Both the position numbers and the translations under genes were made by a program. From the IMG/VR virus record IMGVR_UViG_3300036770_005890: a stretch of 64,000 nt of DNA. One strand, given 5' to 3'. The notes beneath the pieces are model-generated. The model ran no database searches. It was not told the DNA's origin and worked only from the letters and a program-made list of their open reading frames with translations. This document shows, one piece after another, positions 1 through 9,395 of the stretch. Origin of the DNA: a virus. Each line of letters opens with the position of its first letter. Within the stretch, counting starts at the first letter, position 1.

Positions 1-1098
1 GTCGAGAGCCTGTACTCGAACATCAATCCTCGCCGCAGTGGCGACCTCAACGCGCCTGATAGCCGCGCGGTTGCGGCTGGCAAGCAGTTGCGGGCCTTCT
101 TGCAGGAGGCGCCGCGCCCGCTGACCCCCGCTGAAGCGCTTGATGCGGCCGCGCAGTTCGGTGCGCGCTTCCAGGTGGACGCCAATACAACGCTGCGCGC
201 AGCAGCTGAGATGACCACGGTGGAAATCCCGCTGCCTGGAGAGAGCGGCCGGACGATTACGCGGACTGTTCCAGCCAATGACCCCGGCAGGCCGCTGTTC
301 GCCCCCGGCAGCTACGCCGCAGAGATGCTTGAGCAGGCGAAGCGGGAGATCAGTGGTGGTCGTCGCGTGGATCTGTTCCCAGAACCAGCCACCGCAGGTC
401 TGGTGGAAGACGCGCCACGGACGTTTGACGCCGACGAAGCCTCTCAGCTGATCGAGATGCTGCAGTCCAGCGGCATGGACGAGACGGAATTCCAGGACCA
501 CCTGGATCGCGCTGAAACCCTTCGCAAGCGCAGCGGCTATCAGCAGGTTCTGGCGGAGCCGGAGCGACCCGCGGATCCCGTCGAGTCGTATGTGGACTAC
601 GCCACGCGCTACACCGGCGGCGATCGCGACCAGGCGGCATTCATCGTGCAGCGAGTTCTGGCCGATGAGAGCCAAGGGCGGCCGATGGGTTCCGTGAGCC
701 TGCCTCGCGCATCGAGCGACTTGGGGCTGCTGCCCAAGATTGACGCTTATGCGGCACCTGAGATGGATGTCGTCGCGGCTGGACGCTCGACCTATGACCC
801 CGTGGCGGCAGATCGGATCCGCATGGCGTATCGCCCCTCACCAGAAGGCACCGCTCCCGTGCCCGGAATCCCTGCTGGCGCTACGTTCAACGACATGGCA
901 AACGCCCTTGGCAGCGAGGTGGGCAGTGAGTCGCAAGAGCGGGCGATGGCGCTGTTGGCCAACAGGATCGCTCAGCGCAGCAAAGCAGCGCCGGACTCCA
1001 ACCTGAATGCTGTTGCACCTGGCCAATACCCGTCAGAGCCGATTAACAAAGGTGCGGCAATGACACGGCGCCGCTTGCTGGGCGTCATGGGCCGATGA
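1..1098 (+). CDS. hypothetical protein, 5' end outside window
   Basis: ORF track 88..1098. The same frame has no stop back to nt 1. ATGA stop/start overlap with the next ORF at 1095. Confidence 0.5.
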   Translation, partial: VESLYSNINPRRSGDLNAPDSRAVAAGKQLRAFLQEAPRPLTPAEALDAAAQFGARFQVDANTTLRAAAEMTTVEIPLPGESGRTITRTVPANDPGRPLFAPGSYAAEMLEQAKREISGGRRVDLFPEPATAGLVEDAPRTFDADEASQLIEMLQSSGMDETEFQDHLDRAETLRKRSGYQQVLAEPERPADPVESYVDYATRYTGGDRDQAAFIVQRVLADESQGRPMGSVSLPRASSDLGLLPKIDAYAAPEMDVVAAGRSTYDPVAADRIRMAYRPSPEGTAPVPGIPAGATFNDMANALGSEVGSESQERAMALLANRIAQRSKAAPDSNLNAVAPGQYPSEPINKGAAMTRRRLLGVMGR

Positions 1099-1334
1099 GC
1101 CAAGAAAAACGCGAGAAGGCCAAGGGTTTGACCCAGGCCTTCAAGAAGATGAGCAAGCCGGCAAGCAAGGGCGGAACCGGCGGCACCTTCACGGCTGCTG
1201 CGACCAAAGCAGGGCACGCAGATACACCAATGGGGCGTAAAGCATTCGCCGAGCAGGTGCTTGGGAACAAGGCTGAATACAGCTCTAAGATGGTTAAGAA
1301 GGCGAACTTTTACAAGAACGTCATCGCCAAATAG
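1095..1334 (+). CDS. small basic hypothetical protein
   Basis: 79-aa ORF, Lys-rich, ATGA-coupled to the upstream ORF. Confidence 0.45.
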   Translation: MSQEKREKAKGLTQAFKKMSKPASKGGTGGTFTAAATKAGHADTPMGRKAFAEQVLGNKAEYSSKMVKKANFYKNVIAK

Positions 1335-1354
1335 GCGGCCAACCTCATACAACA

Positions 1355-1864
1355 ATGAAGAGAGCTAGCAAGCAGGCCCAGAGCGCTGTCGCCAAGGTCG
1401 CCACGTATCGAAAGAGTAAGGCCGATGCGCAGAAATCGGCCCCAGCCGGGGCCAACCGGCCGAACCCACGGCGTGGCGATGATCGCGTAGTCGTGAAGGG
1501 AGACAAGCCAAAGAAAGCCAAGGGACCAATTGCTGCCCGCACAAAGGCAGTGGTTGAAGAGGGCAAGCAAAAAGCCAAGGAAAAGATCGCTGCAGCTCAG
1601 GCCCGCCGGGCTCAGAAAGAGCGGGAGGAGCGGCAAGCAAGGGCGGATAGGGCTCGCGCGAATCGAGCAGAGAGACAGCAAATGAGCGGTCGACCTGCCG
1701 TGCAGAAGCAGCAGGCACCAGCGCCTGCAAGACCTGAAGGGCCAAAGGGTCCCGTGAGGGCACCGCGCCCCGCCGCACCGGCCGGCATTGGACGCACCGC
1801 GCCAAAGCGGCAAGCCCCGTCTCCCAATGCTGGATACAACCCCGGCAGAAAAGAACAGTATTAG
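1355..1864 (+). CDS. highly basic Lys/Arg/Ala-rich low-complexity protein (possible DNA-binding or internal virion protein)
   Basis: 169 aa dominated by K, R, A, P and Q (KAKEKIAAAQARRAQKEREERQARADRARANRAERQ). Function is inferred from composition only. Confidence 0.5.
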   Translation: MKRASKQAQSAVAKVATYRKSKADAQKSAPAGANRPNPRRGDDRVVVKGDKPKKAKGPIAARTKAVVEEGKQKAKEKIAAAQARRAQKEREERQARADRARANRAERQQMSGRPAVQKQQAPAPARPEGPKGPVRAPRPAAPAGIGRTAPKRQAPSPNAGYNPGRKEQY

Positions 1865-1892
1865 AGAGAAGAAGCGAAAGCCGCGTCATCGC

Positions 1893-1898
1893 TAGGAT
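1893..1898 (+). promoter_or_regulatory. -10-like hexamer TAGGAT, 23 nt before GTG 1922
   Basis: Member of the fixed-distance TAnnnT set. Confidence 0.35.
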
Positions 1899-1921
1899 GT
1901 TGAAAAGCTATAGCGACTGGC

Positions 1922-2212
1922 GTGGCTTATAGGATCCCGGAAGATGCCGATACGCAGGGTCGAATTTTCGATCTAGCAATTCGCAGCAAGCAGGATCAAG
2001 AGGAGAACATCGCCGGCGGTCTGGGTTTTGAGGCTGGCAGCCCCGTCAAACGGCCGTCCGGGCGATTTGCTGGTGATCTTCTAGCAGGGAATCTTGGAGT
2101 GAACGGTCAATTCGGGGCGATGATCAAAGACCCGGATGCTGAGGCTGTTGTGGGTGAATGGGCTCAGTACTTCGCAAACGGCCCCTACGGCCCTGACACC
2201 GGTTACGTATAA
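1922..2212 (+). CDS. hypothetical protein
   Basis: 96-aa ORF with a GTG start 23 nt after a TAGGAT hexamer. Confidence 0.45.
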   Translation: MAYRIPEDADTQGRIFDLAIRSKQDQEENIAGGLGFEAGSPVKRPSGRFAGDLLAGNLGVNGQFGAMIKDPDAEAVVGEWAQYFANGPYGPDTGYV

Positions 2213-2214
2213 CA

Positions 2215-2817
2215 ATGGGACTCCGTTTAGCTGCAGGCATCCCCGCGCTGACACGAGCGCTGAAGGATATTTTCCCTGCAAAGTCAGGTAAGGACTACGC
2301 ATCGCTTGCGCTGCGCTTTGGCCCGGAGCTATTGGGAGCGGGATTGGTTGCTTCGAGCCTGCCTGACGGAACCGAAGGGGGAGCCAGGGCGTTGGCAGCC
2401 GGCGAGGAGTTGGCTACCAGCGTGGGCCTGTCACTGCTCGGGAACCTGGCGGGTCGAGGTGTCGCCCGCAATATGGCAGCGCGACGGTTGAACAACCTCG
2501 ACGCAAAGCCGCTCCCGGAAGGCGTGAGCCCGAGGCAGTACGCCAGGGAAATGACCGACATGGGCATGAATATCGGAGACGTGGCTGCTTTGCCCCTCCA
2601 GTTTTTTGTGCCGCGTGCGTTCTACAACTCACAGCTAGACGAATACGTCAGTCAACAGCAGGGTGGCAAGCGGTCCGAGGCGGAAGGTCAAGACAGCGAA
2701 GAGGACATGAATCTGGCCCTTGCAGCGCTGTTGACCTCAGGCGCTCTCGGCACTGGCGGTATGGCCCTCGGCTCCGGCCAGCCGAGGCAGATCATCGGAG
2801 GTCAATATGTCTCCTAG
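2215..2817 (+). CDS. hypothetical Gly/Ala/Leu-rich protein (probable membrane-interacting virion protein)
   Basis: 200-aa ORF starting 3 nt after the upstream stop. Hydrophobic G/A/L stretches. Confidence 0.5.
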   Translation: MGLRLAAGIPALTRALKDIFPAKSGKDYASLALRFGPELLGAGLVASSLPDGTEGGARALAAGEELATSVGLSLLGNLAGRGVARNMAARRLNNLDAKPLPEGVSPRQYAREMTDMGMNIGDVAALPLQFFVPRAFYNSQLDEYVSQQQGGKRSEAEGQDSEEDMNLALAALLTSGALGTGGMALGSGQPRQIIGGQYVS

Positions 2818-4186
2818 CTACCCAAGCGAGCCGACCTGGGATGATCTAGGGCGGGTTTTCCAGCAGGCCTTCAACTCGAGCTCGAAGGAGTACCAGCAGC
2901 ACCTCGCGCGGCTGGCTGGCAGCGAGGGGTACGAGGTCTCGCCGATTCGCGGGATGCTTGCCTCATCCCCGCTACTCGGTCTAGCCAGGCAAGCACTACC
3001 GAACACGGTTGGCGACACGGAGTGGGGGCGCGCTGCGGCAAGCTTGCTGCCAGCTGGCAAGGCGAGGCAAGCGGCTGAGGGCATCCGCCTTGGCGGCTAC
3101 AACCGGGCGGAGCGGGAGCAGTTCAGCCAGGCAAGAGCCGATGATCCCGAGCTGCGCCGGTACACGGTTGAACTTGGCAAGCTACCAAGCCTTGACGGAC
3201 CGGAAGAGGTCAATGCGGGCACTGGTAATTACCGTGCCAAAGCGGCGCAGGCGGCGGGCGTTGCAGCCAATGATCTAGTCACCGATGGCTTGCGCAACAT
3301 CTGGTGGTTCCTGAATGCCCCGCAAGCAATCACGACCGTGGCCATGCTTCATGGCATGCACGAAGCCGGGCAGAAATTTAAGCAAGACAGCGGGCAAGGG
3401 AAATACATCGGCCAGGATGCGCCACTGATCACAAGGCGTGGCATGCGAATGGCGGCTTTGGCCCCGGCCTGGATTGCGATGTCGATGGGTATCGGCAATT
3501 TCAGTCGTGAAGCCGGATACAAGGCTGTACTTCCAAGTGAAGTGGATCCACGTCAGACCACGGACCCTGTGGGCGAGCTCGCAAGTCGTTACTTTCTCGG
3601 CCGTACTGGTGCCCTGCTGCCATACGAAGAGTTCGTCCAAGAGCGCCCCGATGTCTCGAAGCAGGAATACGACGAGTACAAGTCGTATTTGTTTGGGAAT
3701 AGTTTGCCAATCAAGGCCACCATGGATGGCATTCACGGCCCTGAAGTAACATTCATGGGCAAGAGCATCCCCTTGGCTACTGGGGTGCTCCCTGCGGTAG
3801 CGGCGGTGATCGGTGCGCGGCGTGGCATGAAGGTCGGAGCGCAGAAGGTCGCATCGGCTGGCGGGTACGAGCAGGCGCAGCGCAAGGGTCTTGAGTACGA
3901 AAACCTCAAGAGAGAGTTCCTCGAGCAAGAGGAGCGCGTCAAGAGGGGGTTGACTCGGGTGACAAAGAGCAGCAAAAAGACAGAAGTCCATCGCCCGGAA
4001 TACGAAGCCGCTCATAAGGCTTACCGCGATCAAGTTGATGCCAACGAGCGTCAGGTTGCTAAGAGCGTCCTGGTGAATAGTTCTGGAGCATTGACCGGAA
4101 CGGCCTTGGCGGGACACGTCTTAGAATCACTGCGCAGGGCCATGAAAGGCACCGCGCCTCAAGAAGAACCCCTGGAAGAGGTGTAA
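2807..4186 (+). CDS. hypothetical protein, 459 aa
   Basis: Long ORF with GGAGG 6 nt upstream of the ATG. Overlaps the previous ORF by 11 nt. Confidence 0.55.
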   Translation: MSPSYPSEPTWDDLGRVFQQAFNSSSKEYQQHLARLAGSEGYEVSPIRGMLASSPLLGLARQALPNTVGDTEWGRAAASLLPAGKARQAAEGIRLGGYNRAEREQFSQARADDPELRRYTVELGKLPSLDGPEEVNAGTGNYRAKAAQAAGVAANDLVTDGLRNIWWFLNAPQAITTVAMLHGMHEAGQKFKQDSGQGKYIGQDAPLITRRGMRMAALAPAWIAMSMGIGNFSREAGYKAVLPSEVDPRQTTDPVGELASRYFLGRTGALLPYEEFVQERPDVSKQEYDEYKSYLFGNSLPIKATMDGIHGPEVTFMGKSIPLATGVLPAVAAVIGARRGMKVGAQKVASAGGYEQAQRKGLEYENLKREFLEQEERVKRGLTRVTKSSKKTEVHRPEYEAAHKAYRDQVDANERQVAKSVLVNSSGALTGTALAGHVLESLRRAMKGTAPQEEPLEEV

Positions 4187-4189
4187 TCA

Positions 4190-4621
4190 GTGGTTGCCCC
4201 GATTGGCGGCTTTGGCCGGTTCAAGTCCAACATCGGTGATGCCATCGGCGGCATGGCGTTGGCCAACTTCCAGGATGAAGCGGCCATGGCGAAAAACGCT
4301 CTCGTGGCTCGCAATCAAATCAAGGCCGCCAAAGCGGGCGCGGATGCAACGCGCTTTGCCGGGCAACAGATGGCAAATGCCACCATGTTCCAAGGGATCA
4401 TGGGAGGCGTTAGTGGCCTTGCCAGTGGCGTGATCGGCGGCCTTAGCAAAATTGGTTCGGGCAGCGGCAGCGGAGCGAGCGATCCCACAAAGGGGTACAC
4501 ATGGGGATCTGGTGATATCGGCGGACTTGATATCAATTACGACTGGAAGCCGGGGGCCACTGATTTCTCCAGTGGCTGGCAATCGTCGCCCACGAGCGGC
4601 TGGAATCTAAGCGGCTGGTAA
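4190..4621 (+). CDS. hypothetical Gly/Ser-rich protein
   Basis: 143-aa ORF, GTG start, glycine-zipper-like GIMGGVSGLASGVIGGL. Confidence 0.5.
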   Translation: MVAPIGGFGRFKSNIGDAIGGMALANFQDEAAMAKNALVARNQIKAAKAGADATRFAGQQMANATMFQGIMGGVSGLASGVIGGLSKIGSGSGSGASDPTKGYTWGSGDIGGLDINYDWKPGATDFSSGWQSSPTSGWNLSGW

Positions 4622-4641
4622 ACCACGAAACGACAACAGCA

Positions 4642-5043
4642 ATGGCATTCAAACCAGGCTCGTACCGATCGAAGTACTACGACGAGTACGAATCACAGGC
4701 AAGCCCGTTCGCGACATCATTCCTTGACGGCGGGAATTTTCTAGATAGTGCCCGGGGCTACCGCGCGAAAGCCGAGATGGATGTCAGCCCGATCCCGATC
4801 GGGGAAGGGATCTTTGACGCGGGCGGCACTAAGGCGTTGGTCGGTGGCGCGCTGGCAGAGCAGCAAGCTGAGATGGATGTAGCCAATAGTGCCTTGAAGG
4901 CTTGGGGCGACTTGAAGTCGTCGAAGCTTCTGGCAGAAGCACAAAAAGATGCCGCATCCGCGCAGGCAGGTGCCTCGAGGACAGGGTCAATTATCGGCGC
5001 AGTTGGTAGTATCGGTGGAGCGGTAGCTGGCGCTCTGATTTGA
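4642..5043 (+). CDS. hypothetical protein with C-terminal glycine-zipper
   Basis: 133 aa ending in GSIIGAVGSIGGAVAGALI. Confidence 0.5.
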   Translation: MAFKPGSYRSKYYDEYESQASPFATSFLDGGNFLDSARGYRAKAEMDVSPIPIGEGIFDAGGTKALVGGALAEQQAEMDVANSALKAWGDLKSSKLLAEAQKDAASAQAGASRTGSIIGAVGSIGGAVAGALI

Positions 5044-5846
5044 GAGAGCTCTATCGGGATACGCAAGAGCGGATAGCGTCTGCAGCTGCGAGATTCCCAA
5101 AGACCCTTGCGTGCTGGTCTGGCGGCAAAGACAGCATGGTCTTGCTGCACTTGCTGCATCGGGCTGGTTTGAAGCCGGACGTGGTGTTCTTCAGGGAGCC
5201 ATGGCAGCCAAGGAAGTACGCGTTCCAGGATCGGATGATCCGCGAGTGGGAGCTGCATGTGCATAGCTGGTACCCAGAGTGTTCGGCGATGCAGCAAACG
5301 GGTGATGAGTTTGAGGTGCAGAACGTCTACACCTTTAACCGGACGAAGTTGACATGTCCGACCGGGATTGTGGAGCCGGCGGAGGACCTGCCATGGGTGT
5401 GCGCCCTGGATATCTTGAGGCGCCCCAAGCAGCGTGGACTGGTTATGCCGCACTTCGATGCGGTGTGGATCGGGCATAAAGGGTGTGACACCGACGTAGT
5501 CCTTGGAGGCGACGCCGGTACAAGGATTGGGGCACGCGTCTTACCCCAAGAGGCATCGCTGCTGTTCCCTTTGAAGGACTGGAGTCACGACGACATCTGG
5601 GAATACATCGAGGAATATGAAGTCCCCTATGACGCTGAGCGCTACGAGAAGGTGGATGGTAAGTGGCGCGAAAAGCCAGATCGACGCGTCAATGCCGACT
5701 ACGTGCATGCCTGTACGCGGTGCCTTGATAGCAGGCCTGACGCGCCGAAGTTCGTCGAGTGCCCAAAGCTCGGCATGACGATTGAGAACATCGCCGATAA
5801 AGTCCCCTGGGTTGAGCCAGAGAAACTGAGTTATATGCAGGATTAA
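5040..5846 (+). CDS. PP-loop ATP pyrophosphatase, PAPS-reductase family protein
   Basis: SGGKDS PP-loop (LACWSGGKDSMVLLHLL). C-terminal CxxC-x12-C (CTRCLDSRPDAPKFVEC). TTG start overlaps the upstream TGA (TTGA). Confidence 0.8.
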   Translation: MRELYRDTQERIASAAARFPKTLACWSGGKDSMVLLHLLHRAGLKPDVVFFREPWQPRKYAFQDRMIREWELHVHSWYPECSAMQQTGDEFEVQNVYTFNRTKLTCPTGIVEPAEDLPWVCALDILRRPKQRGLVMPHFDAVWIGHKGCDTDVVLGGDAGTRIGARVLPQEASLLFPLKDWSHDDIWEYIEEYEVPYDAERYEKVDGKWREKPDRRVNADYVHACTRCLDSRPDAPKFVECPKLGMTIENIADKVPWVEPEKLSYMQD

Positions 5847-5853
5847 ACCCTTT

Positions 5854-5859
5854 TAGAAT
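5854..5859 (+). promoter_or_regulatory. -10-like hexamer TAGAAT, 25 nt before GTG 5885
   Basis: Context TTTTAGAATCGAAGG. Fixed-distance set. Confidence 0.4.
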
Positions 5860-5884
5860 CGAAGGATCGTGGATACGCGCTGAA

Positions 5885-6610
5885 GTGACTCCTACCCAGA
5901 GATATATGCAGGGTGAGCAGCGACGTCGTCAGGCGCAGCAGGACGCGATGATTCCTCTGTCTCCCACGGAGCTCGTAACCGAGGCGGCCGAACGCGCCAA
6001 ACCACCTGGCAAGGGTGGCCGGTTTTCTGGCAGTCAAGCCTTCCTAGACGGACTCGCGGACAAGGTGCGGGGCAATAAGTTCAAGCTGGCCGGTGCTGGT
6101 GGATTGCTGGCAGTCCTGGCCGGCGCCGCCGAACTAGCCGATCAAGACGACCCACTGAGCAAGAACATTGCACAAGCTCTGGGCCTAACAGGCGGCAACC
6201 TGGCTGGTGGCATGGCTGGCGTCGCAGCCGGTACAGCGATGGGAGGCCCGGTTGGGGGCGTCATTGGTGGAATTCTGGGTGCCACCGGCGGCGGCGCTGC
6301 CGGTAAGGGCGCGATGACCGGGCTTTACAACCTGGTGACTGGCGAGGATCCCGATGATCGCAAGCTAGAGCTCCTTGCCAAGCAGCGTCGACTGGAGATG
6401 GCGCTGGAGAACGAGGCTCTGCAAGGTCAGATCCCGTTGATGGCCGAAATTGCCAAGCTGAAGCAGGCGGATGATTTCGAGCGCCTGAAGATGCAGGCAG
6501 CGGTGAACCGCGACTACAACTTCGCGAACACCATGAACACTGCTGCATTGAATGCGCAGCAGAACGCCCAGGTCCAACAGGCACTGTTGACTCAAGCGCT
6601 ATTTAGCTGA
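5885..6610 (+). CDS. hypothetical glycine-zipper / coiled-coil protein
   Basis: 241 aa with GGNLAGGMAGVAAGTAMGGPVGGVIGGILGATGGGAAG. GTG start 25 nt after TAGAAT. Confidence 0.5.
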   Translation: MTPTQRYMQGEQRRRQAQQDAMIPLSPTELVTEAAERAKPPGKGGRFSGSQAFLDGLADKVRGNKFKLAGAGGLLAVLAGAAELADQDDPLSKNIAQALGLTGGNLAGGMAGVAAGTAMGGPVGGVIGGILGATGGGAAGKGAMTGLYNLVTGEDPDDRKLELLAKQRRLEMALENEALQGQIPLMAEIAKLKQADDFERLKMQAAVNRDYNFANTMNTAALNAQQNAQVQQALLTQALFS

Positions 6611-7221
6611 TGTTCTCGCTGTTCTCCCCAAACACCGCAGGTAACTACGCGGCGAGTTTCCGCCAGGTAGAGCCTGTCCCGGGGTTCTCGAATGTCAAAG
6701 AAAGTCGCTTCAGCGAAATGCTGGCGAATCTCCCGGTTGAAAAATACAAGCAGGAGATGGCCTTTGCGCGAGATGCGCTGGGTGAGGTAGCTGCTACGAG
6801 GCGGGCCAATGACCAACTGGATTACTACCGCGAGCGAGATGCGCTCGCTGACAGGCAGAGCCGAATTTCTAATCTCCTAAATCTCGTAGGCGGAACCGGG
6901 GCGCAGGTGGCCAGAATCGCGGTCCCGGAACGACGAAACTCCTACGACACGCTGTTAGGTGTAGCGCGAACGGAAGATGCACTTGGCGTCAGTCGCGCGA
7001 ACCGAATGGCTGGCTCCACCGGCGGCCTAACGGAGGCGTTGAAGGGGCTCGGCCCATTGCCATCGTTGGATTCCAAGGCAACAGGAGTCGATGCATCCTC
7101 ACTATTCCAGTCGACTCCAACCTACGCCCCACCGCAGCCTGGATCGCTGGCAGACGTGGCGAAAACAACCAGTAACATGGAGCTATTCGAGCAGTTCCTG
7201 AAGCAGACAGGCGGCAAGTAA
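6610..7221 (+). CDS. hypothetical protein
   Basis: 203 aa, TGATG overlap with the upstream gene. Confidence 0.5.
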   Translation: MFSLFSPNTAGNYAASFRQVEPVPGFSNVKESRFSEMLANLPVEKYKQEMAFARDALGEVAATRRANDQLDYYRERDALADRQSRISNLLNLVGGTGAQVARIAVPERRNSYDTLLGVARTEDALGVSRANRMAGSTGGLTEALKGLGPLPSLDSKATGVDASSLFQSTPTYAPPQPGSLADVAKTTSNMELFEQFLKQTGGK

Positions 7222-7787
7222 TGGCTAACCCAGTAGATGACCTCCTGAAGAAGCAGCTCAGTGACAAGCTCAAAGCGTTAGGCGCTGGAGTAAAGGCAGA
7301 CGGCACGATCGGCTATTCGGACCCGGAGAAAGATAAGCTCTGGCAGAAGTTCCAGGCGGATCTTGCTAAACGTGGGCAAAGTAGCTCAAGCACGCAGAAT
7401 ACGACGAACCAGTCACTGGAGAATTTCGACCGTCAAGCAGCGGCCCAGACGCGGGCTCGCGCCGCTGACAACGCAGTAACTCTGGACTACGCCCAGGCTC
7501 AGATCCCTCTTCTTCAGCAGAAGACGGCAATTGACACGAATGCATACGATCAAAAGCTAAGGGCCAATGTTGGCGCACAAAGTGGACTGCTAGATCGCAA
7601 CTACGATCACGAGCAGCGCCTGGACTTGAACACAACGGATCGTCTGCGGATGATCCTGGATTCAGACCAGCAGTATTACGACAAGACGACGAGTCTTGCA
7701 GAGAAACAGCTGCAGCAGCAGGGTACGGCCAATATCTTGAATCTGATCACCAACTTGGCCCTCGGCGGGGCCGCACTCTTCGCTTGA
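7221..7787 (+). CDS. hypothetical Gln-rich protein with C-terminal hydrophobic anchor
   Basis: 188 aa, TAATG overlap, C-terminus ILNLITNLALGGAALFA. Confidence 0.5.
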   Translation: MANPVDDLLKKQLSDKLKALGAGVKADGTIGYSDPEKDKLWQKFQADLAKRGQSSSSTQNTTNQSLENFDRQAAAQTRARAADNAVTLDYAQAQIPLLQQKTAIDTNAYDQKLRANVGAQSGLLDRNYDHEQRLDLNTTDRLRMILDSDQQYYDKTTSLAEKQLQQQGTANILNLITNLALGGAALFA

Positions 7788-7807
7788 TCTAGGCGGTCAC
7801 TGAAGTC

Positions 7808-8869
7808 ATGGCAAGCAAGGCAAACAGCGCTGCTCGGCGTACTGCAAAAACAAAGGCTGCCACCAAGGTCGCAGCAAAGCCCGCCACAAAGAAGGCAACT
7901 CCTGCCACTAAGGCGAAGACAAACACTGTTCTTGGCAACAGTGTCAACAAGGCAAAGGCCAAAAACAGTGGACGGTCTGGCTCGACAAATCAGTCGAGGT
8001 CATCTGCAGGCAGAAATCAAGGCAGGAATCAAGGTAGGAATCAAGGCAGGACATCGAGCTCGACGCAATCCACGACTATTCAGACGCAACCAACCGCGAT
8101 CGGAACGCAACCGATCAGCTCGAGCACGCAACGGTTTACGCCTGGCACCACCAAGACATTGGCGGGCACCATGTTCGACCAGGGCTGGGACTTCGCAACG
8201 GGTATCGGCAATAAATATGCCGACAACGAAGTCATCGGCGGCGCAGTGGCCGGCCTGGGCCTGGACGCAGCCGGGACCATGATGAACATGGGCCTGTACC
8301 AGCAGTACAACGATGCAATGCTGGCCAGCCTGGGGAATTATCAGGGCAATCTCGAGAACCTCCGCACGGGTAACACCATGAAGTTGATGGGTGCGGAGGC
8401 TGGACTCGCTCGGGATCTGATCGGTGTGCAGGGCACGGAAGCTCGTCGCCTTGAAGAGACCAAGGGCACGCAGGACCGTCTATCTAGGGTCACTCAGGGC
8501 GAACAGGACCGCCTCGGCTACCGGGTTCAGGGCGAGGAGGATCGTCTGTCTCGAATCACCCAAGGCGAACAAGACCGTCTCGGCTACCGAGTGCAGGGCG
8601 AGGAAGAGCGCCTGAACATCGGCGCTCGAGGCAAGGAGGATCGCCTGTCTCGAATCACCCAAGGCGAACAGGACCGGCTTGGGTACCGCGTTCAGGGCGA
8701 GGAAGAGCGCCTGAACATCGGAACCCGGGGCAGGGAAGAACGCTTGACTGTGGCGGCTCAAGGCGTAGAAGACCGCAAGAAGCTGCAAGAAGAGGGCACG
8801 CAACAGATCCGTCTGCGGAGCGACGCAAGAGGCGCGATCCGCTCGGCTGGCTCCCGCTTCTTCGGTTGA
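7808..8869 (+). CDS. repeat protein: H1-like KA(T/P)-rich N-terminus, GRNQ x4, and 33-aa tandem repeats
   Basis: 353 aa. Contains AKTKAATKVAAKPATKKATPATKAKT, GRNQGRNQGRNQGR, and about 3 copies of RLSRITQGEQDRLGYRVQGEEERLNIG. Confidence 0.55.
   Translation: MASKANSAARRTAKTKAATKVAAKPATKKATPATKAKTNTVLGNSVNKAKAKNSGRSGSTNQSRSSAGRNQGRNQGRNQGRTSSSTQSTTIQTQPTAIGTQPISSSTQRFTPGTTKTLAGTMFDQGWDFATGIGNKYADNEVIGGAVAGLGLDAAGTMMNMGLYQQYNDAMLASLGNYQGNLENLRTGNTMKLMGAEAGLARDLIGVQGTEARRLEETKGTQDRLSRVTQGEQDRLGYRVQGEEDRLSRITQGEQDRLGYRVQGEEERLNIGARGKEDRLSRITQGEQDRLGYRVQGEEERLNIGTRGREERLTVAAQGVEDRKKLQEEGTQQIRLRSDARGAIRSAGSRFFG
8474..8745 (+). repeat. about 2.7 tandem copies of a 99-nt (33-aa) coding repeat
   Basis: cgtctgtctcgaatcacccaaggcgaacaagaccgtctcggctaccg... 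recurs at about 8543 and 8643. Confidence 0.7.
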
Positions 8870-8882
8870 GGTCCACTGCTAG

Positions 8883-9395
8883 GTGAACGCAAGCCGAACT
8901 CCGAGGGAAGTTGAGCAGTTCTTAGTGGCGCTGGATAGCGGGCGCCGCGAGAGCTTCCTCGCTTACGCAGAAAAGACGTATTCGATTTACGAGATTTGGT
9001 TGTACGCCTCGGTCCTCGGATTCGACGGGCCGTTCACTGATCTCGAGGCCTGGGTGGCAAAAACGTACCCCAAGCTGAATCGGCGAGAAATCATGCTCGC
9101 TGAAATCGTGAAGCTCGAATCGGACATCGACTTCTTGAGGCAGCAGGTGCAGGCGGATCTGATTAAGGCAGATGCCGCTGCTACGCGGATCGCCCACCTG
9201 TCCAAGGAGCTACGCGGCCATGTGATGGAAATCGAACGACTGACCAAGAGTCAGGATCGACGTGGACTGGTCATGGCCGGGGCTGACAAGGTGATGCGTG
9301 AGTTGCGTGCCATCTTCAAGGGGAACGAGGATGTCACCAACGCGTTGGATTTAGCTTACGAGTCGGTGTGGGCAATGCTCACCGACGAGCGCTGA
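8883..9395 (+). CDS. hypothetical protein (positional candidate for terminase small subunit)
   Basis: 170-aa coiled-coil ORF immediately upstream of terL. The function is positional inference only. Confidence 0.45.
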   Translation: MNASRTPREVEQFLVALDSGRRESFLAYAEKTYSIYEIWLYASVLGFDGPFTDLEAWVAKTYPKLNRREIMLAEIVKLESDIDFLRQQVQADLIKADAAATRIAHLSKELRGHVMEIERLTKSQDRRGLVMAGADKVMRELRAIFKGNEDVTNALDLAYESVWAMLTDER

